Under the pieces are notes generated by a model. The model was not told the origin of the DNA, ran no database searches, and saw nothing but the letters and a program-made list of their open reading frames with translations. Shown here piece after piece: positions 8,724 through 16,273 of a stretch of 64,000 bases of DNA (position 1 is the first letter of the stretch; every line of letters begins with the position of its first letter). A program made the position numbers and the translations under genes. The stretch comes from an uncultured Bacillales bacterium (lineage in GTDB: Bacteria > Bacillota_I > Bacilli_A > RF39 > UBA660): the NCBI GenBank assembly GCA_946410555.1, contig CAMKAT010000003.1:5007-69006 (forward strand), read 5' to 3'.

Positions 8724-9416
8724 TTATCTTCTTTTAGATTGCAATAAATCATACATTAAAATTGAACTATCAACAAATAATTCATGTGAAGGATCATGTT
8801 CTTGAGCTTCAATCATTCTTTGTTTTATTTCATCATATGGAGGAACATATACGCCTTGATATTCAGCAATCTCTCTTATTTTGCTTTCTAAGTTAGGATG
8901 TGCAAATATCCATTTTGCATAATGAAAAGCATCATAAGTTTTGTGTTCGTTATATACATAATTTTTTAGTTTATCTACCAAATCAGAATCATCTTCTGGA
9001 ATATAATTTGGTCTATCTGGATAATAGTAAATATTTATATAACCATATTCCTCAAGTTCATTTAACTTTTCATAAAGATTAGGTATGTATTCCTCATAGG
9101 CTACATCTACGCTTTCTTTAGATACGACTTCATTAAACCCAGTATGAATGTCTTTGAAAGACTCGCTAGGCAATGTGTAGATTGATGCATCATTTGCATA
9201 CATTTTATCTAATGCATTAGGAATTCTTTCTACTAAATCATAGTGCCCGTTTCCATCTCCACTTAATGTATATGTAATGTCACTACCACAACATTTAGAC
9301 ATAAGTATAGCAACAATTTTATTTGGAGTTGCATATAAGTAATTACCGTGTGTTGATTCATGTGGTTTAAGTGTTTTTAAATTATGTATTTTACTTCCAT
9401 GATAAACATATTCCAT
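8724..9416 (-). CDS. Hypothetical protein (230 aa) with N-terminal YHGS...LYAT motif pair
   Basis: ORF with GAGGTGAG RBS. See the findings for the tentative ADP-ribosyltransferase-fold resemblance. Confidence 0.5.
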   Translation of the reverse strand: MEYVYHGSKIHNLKTLKPHESTHGNYLYATPNKIVAILMSKCCGSDITYTLSGDGNGHYDLVERIPNALDKMYANDASIYTLPSESFKDIHTGFNEVVSKESVDVAYEEYIPNLYEKLNELEEYGYINIYYYPDRPNYIPEDDSDLVDKLKNYVYNEHKTYDAFHYAKWIFAHPNLESKIREIAEYQGVYVPPYDEIKQRMIEAQEHDPSHELFVDSSILMYDLLQSKRR

Positions 9417-9452
9417 ATTCTCACCTCTTGATTATTATAACATGAAATAAAA

Positions 9453-9474
9453 AGAACTAATAAAAATTAGTTCT
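9453..9474 (-). terminator. Rho-independent terminator after GH5 paralog 1
   Basis: Stem AGAACTAAT/ATTAGTTCT with loop AAAA, then TTTTTATTT on the minus strand. It overlaps the TAG stop. Confidence 0.7.
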
Positions 9475-11332
9475 AAATATTTGTTTTAAACTTATCTTTA
9501 TTTTTTAATTCATGAATAACTAAGCTACTCATTAGAATAATTATTAAAGCTATTAAGATACAATTTTGAACTCCAGTTTTTGGATTCATAACTGGTTCTT
9601 TATTATTTATATCATCTTCAGTACTATTATTGATTTCTTCAGCTGCATATTCTGGTTTTAAGCTTAACAATTTTGGAATGTCATATTCCCATTGATTTGC
9701 TCTTCTGTTTGCTACAGTTGGTGTTATTCCATTTATATAAGCACCAAATCCATTATCTGATGGATATTCACTCATTCTATGCCAAATCCAATTTAAATGA
9801 TATTTAGTAGCTAAATCATAGAAGTCATCTGTATATGTTCTATCGTTTGAATAATTATTTACATAATAAGCAATTAAACAGAACTCACCATAGTATAAAG
9901 GACTTCCATAACGAGCTGATACTTCATCTAAGTATTTGAAGTAATCTTCAAGTTTATCTCTACCTTGTACTAAAGCATAACCATTAGCATTAGGTTTTAC
10001 CCTTACTGTATTAAGTTCATATGTTATTCTACTTTCAGAATTGTATCCTGTAAGATCAACATTAAATTCAATTCTTACTTTTTTACCTTTAGTAATACCT
10101 ATTTTTAAATTACTAAGTGGATCCCAGAATAATTGAGAAGTTTTAGAATTACTTAATGTATAAGTATTAAATAAATCAGATATTTTAAAATATTCAAGTT
10201 TTTCTGCCGGATCAGTTGCACTTGCTTCAAATGCTAAGTGTTCAGTATTGTCTTCATCAATTTGATAAATTTTTAATGTATTAATTTTAACAGTACCATC
10301 ATCATTGAATTTAACGAAGTCAGTAACAAACCATGCGAATCTACAGTCGTTTGTAGGATCAACACATTCTACTGTTTGACTTAAATTCATGTTATCAGTA
10401 AATGAAGTATAGTTACTAATTCCTGGGGAATTATATCCTCTGTAATTACCCTTTTCAACTTCAATGCCTTTGGCAGCAGTCATATTAATAACTCTATATT
10501 CTTGACTATAAATTAAATTATTATATTCATGTCTTGAGTCGAATAAGAAGTTTCCACCTGTTACATTTGGATAAATCGAAATCTCAGGATCTACATATGG
10601 GTAGAATGATGTATCACTATATTTTCTATAATTGTGAACTGGTTGGAAAGAAATTATAGTATCAGGGTCTATTGCTCTGATTTTATTTACAGTTGTTTGT
10701 AATAAATTACTATAGTAATCTAACGCTTCTGTTTGCTCATTTCTATAACAAACTTGTGGCTCATTTAATAATTCATATCCAAGAAGAGAACCATAATCTT
10801 TAACTGTTTCTGCTAATTTTTCCCAAACTGCAAAGAATTCGCTTGTCCATGGATGTCCACCATCCGCATTAACAAAACAAAATTCATTTCCAGCTGAATT
10901 AGTAAATTGATTTGGTAAACTATCTTTTACAGCATGCATATCAAGTATTATATAAATGCCAGCATCTTCAGCGTTTTGCATTAACGTTCTTAAAGCTTCT
11001 AGATTACTCTCTTTAAATGCATGAGTTGAGTAATTATAAAATAATTCTGAAGTAACTTGGAATCTAATACTATTAAATCCTGCTTCTTTTAGAAGAGTGA
11101 ATGTTTCTAAACTCATTCTTTCAGGTTTAATGTATTCTGAACCAAATACTTGAGCAATGGCAATACCATTCATTACGAATTCATTACCATCTGAATCTAA
11201 TATCTTTCTATTTTCTACGTGTAGTTTTTCATGTCCTACATCAATATACTTATAATCATAAGCTTTAACAGGATTAATAAATGATAAAGCACAAATAATT
11301 ATAAGAAAAAAACACATGTAGTTTCTTTTCAT
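9473..11332 (-). CDS. GH5-like glycoside hydrolase with NPKTG cell-wall sorting signal (paralog 1)
   Basis: 619 aa with a signal peptide. GH5 landmarks are FNSIRFQ, YIILDMH, GYELLNEP (acid/base E191), RHEY, YYGEFC (candidate nucleophile E483) and NWIWH. The C-terminus has NPKTG (9572-9586), a hydrophobic stretch and a KNKDKFK tail. Confidence 0.75.
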   Translation of the reverse strand: MKRNYMCFFLIIICALSFINPVKAYDYKYIDVGHEKLHVENRKILDSDGNEFVMNGIAIAQVFGSEYIKPERMSLETFTLLKEAGFNSIRFQVTSELFYNYSTHAFKESNLEALRTLMQNAEDAGIYIILDMHAVKDSLPNQFTNSAGNEFCFVNADGGHPWTSEFFAVWEKLAETVKDYGSLLGYELLNEPQVCYRNEQTEALDYYSNLLQTTVNKIRAIDPDTIISFQPVHNYRKYSDTSFYPYVDPEISIYPNVTGGNFLFDSRHEYNNLIYSQEYRVINMTAAKGIEVEKGNYRGYNSPGISNYTSFTDNMNLSQTVECVDPTNDCRFAWFVTDFVKFNDDGTVKINTLKIYQIDEDNTEHLAFEASATDPAEKLEYFKISDLFNTYTLSNSKTSQLFWDPLSNLKIGITKGKKVRIEFNVDLTGYNSESRITYELNTVRVKPNANGYALVQGRDKLEDYFKYLDEVSARYGSPLYYGEFCLIAYYVNNYSNDRTYTDDFYDLATKYHLNWIWHRMSEYPSDNGFGAYINGITPTVANRRANQWEYDIPKLLSLKPEYAAEEINNSTEDDINNKEPVMNPKTGVQNCILIALIIILMSSLVIHELKNKDKFKTNI

Positions 11333-11356
11333 TTAAATCATCCCTATTCTTTTTAT

Positions 11357-11365
11357 ATTATATCA
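11357..11365 (-). promoter_or_regulatory. Extended -10 promoter (TGATATAAT) for GH5 paralog 1
   Basis: The minus strand reads TTATGATATAATATAAAAAGAATAGGGATGATTTAAATG. The leader is conserved with that of GH5 paralog 2. Confidence 0.5.
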
Positions 11366-11412
11366 TAAGATGATTTAAAATAAACTTTCATGTGTAAATA
11401 ATTGTATTAAAA

Positions 11413-12117
11413 TTAACCAATTAAATGATTGGCATAGAAGTAATTTATTATATCTTGTTGAGATGGTTTAACACATGTAAAATTAGGGTTTTCACCACTC
11501 GTTGTTGGAGCTTCTGGATTTCCAATTGATTTGTATAATAATTCAAATGTTTTACCATCAAACATATTCCAATCATTTCTATAACAATTTCCATTAGTTA
11601 ATCCTTGTGCTGTAGCAGCACCCTTCTTTGTTGCAAAATATTTAAATATTGAAAATTCAGGTGTCATACTAACAATATCTGATACTGTAATATCTCTATT
11701 TTGAGGAGTTACATGGTCATAATCAAATCCTTTATTAATAAAAAAATCGTCTGAATATAGAGTCATAAAATAGCTATAATTATCAACCTCGCCGCTTACT
11801 GAAGGATCAGTTGACCAATTGAAGTATCCTATAGAACCTTTAATATTATTTTGACCAATATTCAAGTCTTCATTTATGTCATAATATATCATTATATAGC
11901 CATCATAATCAGCAAATCGTTCACCTTGTTTATCTAAATCTTCGATATATTTCTTTTCAGCTGCTTGAATAGCTAAATTTGCTACTTCTATAATAGTATT
12001 CTTTTTAGAAGTATTAATTATATTAAGTACATTAGGTATAGCTATTACAAGTAATATTCCTAAGATTACTATTACTGCAAGTAACTCTACTAATGTAAAT
12101 CCTTTGTTCTTTTTCAT
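11413..12117 (-). CDS. Type IV pilin / pseudopilin-like protein (prepilin-type N-terminal cleavage/methylation domain)
   Basis: MKKNKGFTLVELLAVIVILGILLVIAIPNV gives the G/F cleavage site and E+5 signature. 234 aa. Confidence 0.8.
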   Translation of the reverse strand: MKKNKGFTLVELLAVIVILGILLVIAIPNVLNIINTSKKNTIIEVANLAIQAAEKKYIEDLDKQGERFADYDGYIMIYYDINEDLNIGQNNIKGSIGYFNWSTDPSVSGEVDNYSYFMTLYSDDFFINKGFDYDHVTPQNRDITVSDIVSMTPEFSIFKYFATKKGAATAQGLTNGNCYRNDWNMFDGKTFELLYKSIGNPEAPTTSGENPNFTCVKPSQQDIINYFYANHLIG

Positions 12118-12135
12118 ATCTTCTCACCTACTATA

Positions 12136-12144
12136 AGTATATCA
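12136..12144 (-). promoter_or_regulatory. Extended -10 promoter (TGATATACT) for the pilin-like gene
   Basis: The minus strand reads CTATGATATACTTATAGTAGGTGAGAAGATATG, just after the terminator at 12162-12186. Confidence 0.5.
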
Positions 12145-12161
12145 TAGATAGAAATAAAAAA

Positions 12162-12186
12162 AGATTATAATAATAAATTATAATCT
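12162..12186 (-). terminator. Rho-independent terminator after 12217..13332
   Basis: 10-bp stem AGATTATAAT/ATTATAATCT with a 5-nt loop, then TTTTTTTATTT on the minus strand. Confidence 0.65.
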
Positions 12187-12216
12187 AAGTATACATTTTT
12201 TTGATAAGATTATTCT

Positions 12217-13332
12217 TTATCTATGTATCTCATGTAACTCTTCTTTAGTATGCAAATTAATTTCATATATTTCTTTTAATAATTTATTTTTACAATCTTC
12301 ATATTCACTTATATTAATATGTGTATTTTCATCTAATTCATGTGGATATGAATAAATGTTAATATTGTTAAAGTTATACTCTATTCTTCTTACATTTCTT
12401 AAAAGTTTATCAGATAAATTTCTTTGAATTTCTTCATGCTGATCTTTTAAAGTTAAAATCATGTTATCTAGATTATCTTCAGTGTATCCTTTATTCTTTA
12501 ATATGTTTCTTTTAACTTCAAAACTAATCTCTTTAGCATTAAATCTAACTGGCAAGAAGGTTGGTACAATTACTTCTTTTACATTTATGTTTTCTAAATT
12601 TGAAAACAATATTGAAAGAGCTACCAATGCTCCTGGATTAATTCCTGTTAGATTTTCTGGATATTCTATATTATCGATATTATCTTCTTTTTCAAAAGAA
12701 TCATTTACCTTGAATAATTTTCTTTTTATTTTCTTTTCGAATGATGAAGGTTCTTTTTTATTGTTCATTTGTTGTACTGCATAAATATATGCTTTATTAT
12801 CACTAATACCAAATCTTACAACAGGTAGATCATATCTTGATTCGCCATTTATACATACCGAATGAAGTGCATATGGTGTTTCTTCATAGATTGGTTCTTT
12901 TTCAATACTTGATTCAATATTACATTCTAAGATTTCACTATATTTACTATTATTGATTTCTAACTTGTTGTCTAAAAAATCTATATATCTTTTTATATAT
13001 TTATTTGGATTCTTAAAATCTTCAGAAGTTGCATTATTCCATAAAAGAGTAAGTACAGCTTTATCATAATTTATATCTTCATCTAAAGTACCATTATAAA
13101 AGACAGATGCTTTATTGTAATACTCTATTAATAGATTGTTGAACTCTTCAAGATTATTTATTTCTAAACAAGGAATAAACAAATCATTATTATTTTTCAT
13201 ATTATCTGATGCTTTATATAAATATTTACCATTTACTTTAGTTTCAAATAATACGTTATACATCATAACTGCATCTACACGACCTATGGATGCTTCTTTT
13301 AAAATTTCATCAAAGAATAAATCTATTATCAT
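12217..13332 (-). CDS. Hypothetical protein (371 aa)
   Basis: ORF with AGGTGA RBS, bracketed by terminators at 13370-13393 and 12162-12186. No motif recognised. Confidence 0.5.
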   Translation of the reverse strand: MIIDLFFDEILKEASIGRVDAVMMYNVLFETKVNGKYLYKASDNMKNNNDLFIPCLEINNLEEFNNLLIEYYNKASVFYNGTLDEDINYDKAVLTLLWNNATSEDFKNPNKYIKRYIDFLDNKLEINNSKYSEILECNIESSIEKEPIYEETPYALHSVCINGESRYDLPVVRFGISDNKAYIYAVQQMNNKKEPSSFEKKIKRKLFKVNDSFEKEDNIDNIEYPENLTGINPGALVALSILFSNLENINVKEVIVPTFLPVRFNAKEISFEVKRNILKNKGYTEDNLDNMILTLKDQHEEIQRNLSDKLLRNVRRIEYNFNNINIYSYPHELDENTHINISEYEDCKNKLLKEIYEINLHTKEELHEIHR

Positions 13333-13369
13333 TTATATCACCTATTCATTAGTTATTATAACATAAAAA

Positions 13370-13393
13370 AGATGTAAGTTTTTACTTACATCT
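13370..13393 (-). terminator. Rho-independent terminator after HAD-like gene
   Basis: 10-bp stem AGATGTAAGT/ACTTACATCT with loop TTTT, then TTTTTTATG on the minus strand. Confidence 0.75.
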
Positions 13394-13398
13394 ATTAG

Positions 13399-14214
13399 TT
13401 AACATCTTCTACTTAATGTTTTTTGATCAACTTCTTTTTTTACTATATTTAAATAACATAATAGATTTATTAAATCTTCATAAGTGTAGAATGTACCTCT
13501 TTTATCACCTTCGATTTTATCAGCAAGATGGAAGATAACACTCTTTTTATCAAAAGTTAATTGAATATTTAAAACAAAGTCTTCAGTTCTTAAGAATAAA
13601 CCTTTTATACCACCATCAATAAAACTAAATTCAGAATATTTAATTTTCTTATATAATTCATTTTCTTCCATTTCTTCAGGTGTATAGTTTTCCCTTGGTT
13701 TTAATTTATATTGAACATCTTCAATGTGATGAGGAAGAATTCCTCCATGTCCTAACCCATCTTCATCAAAACTAGTTTCAATTAAATGATTATTTAAAGT
13801 ATTTAAGTCTTGAAACTCATGATCATCAAATATAACATAATCTGTTACTTCAGGGTGTTCAATTAAATATGCTTGAATATCGTATTCTTTCCACATCTTT
13901 TGACCAAATGGAAAGTTTGGATTTGGTACACATGGTGTTGTACCTATGTAAGGAATGTCATATTTTTTAAAGACTTCTATCACTCTATCTATTACTGTTT
14001 CTTCTCCAAGGACTTCATAATATTCAAGTCCATATTTCCATGAGGATGATATTACGACCTTTAAATCATATTTATCTACGATTTTCTTCAAAGTAACAAA
14101 TTTATCTTCTAACATAAATAATTGATTATTATTTTCATGACGATGTTTATATTCATAATTAATTAAATAATCATCAGTCATTACTCCGTCCATATCTAAA
14201 AATACTACTTTCAT
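13399..14214 (-). CDS. HAD-superfamily-like hydrolase with C-terminal extension
   Basis: The likely start is the ATG at 14214 (RBS AGGTGAG); the track start at 14232 is upstream of the RBS. Motif I is VVFLDMDGVM, motif II VVISSSWK, with a late acidic motif VIFDDHEF. Confidence 0.6.
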   Translation of the reverse strand: MKVVFLDMDGVMTDDYLINYEYKHRHENNNQLFMLEDKFVTLKKIVDKYDLKVVISSSWKYGLEYYEVLGEETVIDRVIEVFKKYDIPYIGTTPCVPNPNFPFGQKMWKEYDIQAYLIEHPEVTDYVIFDDHEFQDLNTLNNHLIETSFDEDGLGHGGILPHHIEDVQYKLKPRENYTPEEMEENELYKKIKYSEFSFIDGGIKGLFLRTEDFVLNIQLTFDKKSVIFHLADKIEGDKRGTFYTYEDLINLLCYLNIVKKEVDQKTLSRRC

Positions 14215-14321
14215 AAACTCACCTACTTTCATTTATATTATAAGATTTATATTAAAAATATACAAATCAATTTCTTTAGGGACTGCCTATTATATTACTA
14301 TTTTATTAAAAGTCAATGAAA

Positions 14322-14341
14322 AAGATATCCTAAGATATCTT
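14322..14341 (-). terminator. Terminator hairpin ending the GH5/Tim44-like operon
   Basis: Stem AAGATATC/GATATCTT with loop CTAA and only a short U-run (TTTCATT). It abuts the stop codon. Confidence 0.45.
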
Positions 14342-14868
14342 TATTCAATATTAGTTAATATATAATCAAAATCTTCAGTATTAAAACGAGTACCACAATA
14401 AGGACATACTCCATAAGCATTAACATTTGCTGGGCTACCACATGCTGGACAATGCATACTCACCTTTATATCTTTAGCGTCTACTCTTTTTTCTAAAGTT
14501 AGAGTTAAAGTATGTTCTTCACGAGTATCATCATTACCACTTTTAAATTTTAAAGTAGTTTTATCTACTAAGTAATTCATATATCTACATATAAGCATTA
14601 CTTTAACTATAATTTTATCTTCAGTTTTAGTAATATTTGTAATACTTGATGTTTTAACATTTAATTCATCATACATTTGTCTAACATTTTTACTATTATT
14701 CTCATCTAAGATTTCTTTATACTTTTCAAATAATTCAGGAGTCATTTTATGTTTAACTCTATTTAAATCATCAAACATTATTCCTGTATATAAAAGTATA
14801 AATATATTATCTACTTTAGATAAGAACATACTATTATTGATCGTTGAATCATAATTATTAATATTCAT
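14341..14868 (-). CDS. Tim44-like (NTF2-fold) domain protein with embedded zinc ribbon, short form
   Basis: The track ORF starts at a GTG inside RBS AAGGTAAGGTGG, so the ATG at 14868 is more likely. It ends with CPACGSPANVNAYGVCPYCGTRF followed by DFDYILTNIE, the same C-terminal layout as the two upstream paralogs. Confidence 0.55.
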   Translation of the reverse strand: MNINNYDSTINNSMFLSKVDNIFILLYTGIMFDDLNRVKHKMTPELFEKYKEILDENNSKNVRQMYDELNVKTSSITNITKTEDKIIVKVMLICRYMNYLVDKTTLKFKSGNDDTREEHTLTLTLEKRVDAKDIKVSMHCPACGSPANVNAYGVCPYCGTRFNTEDFDYILTNIE

Positions 14869-14878
14869 AAAACCCACC

Positions 14879-16261
14879 TTACCTTTGTTTTATTATTTTC
14901 TTTTTTATGATAATAAATCTATTTGTTGAATCAATTAAGTTAGCTCCACATGATGCACATGTTTTACTTGCTGAATCAATTACTTCAGCACCACAGTTAG
15001 GACAATTTTTAACTACTTTGTTAACACCCTTTTCTACATATAATTCATAAGAACATGAGTGTGTAATTTCATCACCTTGAGTGATTTTACCTTTTTCATT
15101 AACTATGTAATCAACTTGTTCTACATTAAGAATAACAATCATTGAAAGTATATTATTATGGACTTCAATATTGTTTATCTTGCCACTTATAAGTTCTATA
15201 TCTTTCATTATATTTTGTTCTTTTTTAAGTTTAAGTGTCTCTAATTGATATTTATAACTATTATATAATTCATCAGATACTAGTTTACGCATTTCCTCAT
15301 AATCAAAGTTACTCCATGCATATTGAAGTGATTCATAAGTCTTATAAACTTCATTAATAATATTATCTTTTGTTAGTGTTGGATCTAACTTTAATATTTC
15401 ATCAAAATCTATTGGAACTGAAGTGCTTCTAAACTCATTATTAATATTATAATCTACTTCTTTAGTATTAAATATAATTGATTCATCATCTAAGTTTAAA
15501 TCTAGTCCTAAAGAATATACTATAAACATAGGTTTAAGAGTTCCTTCTGTAATCTTAGATTCACCATCTACATAGTAGTTCTTTTCAATAGATGTAAGTG
15601 ATACATCAAAGATAGCTATATTGTCTATTAAATTAACTCTTTTAATTTTTACATTTTCTACCGTTACATCATCAATTACTTGATAGTTATTATTCTTATT
15701 GAATTCATTTATTCTACCTTCAAGGAAAATATAGAAATTATCAGATGTAATACTTCTTAAAGTAGTTAAATCTCTTTTAGTATATGCCTTTTGTAATTTT
15801 TTATACGCATCTCCAATTAAAGAAACAATGTATTCTTTAGTATATTTAGAATCTTTTTCTTTAATAGCATTAAGAATATTATTAATTACTTCAGCATCTA
15901 TATGATTATCTATATATTTTGTATCACTAGCAGCAGTATATATTTTAATACCATTGTTAGGTTTACCCATCAATATTGTAAGCATTATCATTCCACCTAC
16001 GAATAGCATAAATACTAAAAGCATTCCTAATTCAAATTCAGGAGAAGTATTAGAAGTGCTAGTTCCACCACCATATGAATATGAATAGTCATGGGATGAG
16101 TAATCAGAACCCCAAGATGAATATCCACCATAGTCACTGCTTGAATAACTACCACCATAACTATAGTCAAATCCTGAATCAGCTAGACTAATCTTAGGAA
16201 TAACTATAACCATAGCAATTAAAAATACTATTAATACTTTAGATATATTTTTTATTTTCAT
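14879..16261 (-). CDS. Membrane protein: signal peptide, G/S/Y-rich ectosegment, TM, two Tim44-like domains, C-terminal zinc ribbon
   Basis: 460 aa reading ...ISLADSGFDYSYGGSYSSSDYGGYSSWGSDYSSHDYSYSYGGG..., then a TM, then two repeats of an NTF2/Tim44-like region. It ends CPNCGAEVIDSASKTCASCGANL then RFIIIKKKI. Confidence 0.6.
   Translation of the reverse strand: MKIKNISKVLIVFLIAMVIVIPKISLADSGFDYSYGGSYSSSDYGGYSSWGSDYSSHDYSYSYGGGTSTSNTSPEFELGMLLVFMLFVGGMIMLTILMGKPNNGIKIYTAASDTKYIDNHIDAEVINNILNAIKEKDSKYTKEYIVSLIGDAYKKLQKAYTKRDLTTLRSITSDNFYIFLEGRINEFNKNNNYQVIDDVTVENVKIKRVNLIDNIAIFDVSLTSIEKNYYVDGESKITEGTLKPMFIVYSLGLDLNLDDESIIFNTKEVDYNINNEFRSTSVPIDFDEILKLDPTLTKDNIINEVYKTYESLQYAWSNFDYEEMRKLVSDELYNSYKYQLETLKLKKEQNIMKDIELISGKINNIEVHNNILSMIVILNVEQVDYIVNEKGKITQGDEITHSCSYELYVEKGVNKVVKNCPNCGAEVIDSASKTCASCGANLIDSTNRFIIIKKKIIKQR
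15258..15328 (-). repeat. ~70-nt near-identical island shared with 16656..16725
   Basis: TTATTATATAATTCATCAGATAC.AG.TTACGCATTTC.TCATAATCAAAGTTACTCCATGCATATTGAAG shows 3 mismatches by eye. The flanking paralogous sequence is much more diverged. Confidence 0.7.
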
Positions 16262-16273
16262 AGCTATCCCTTT

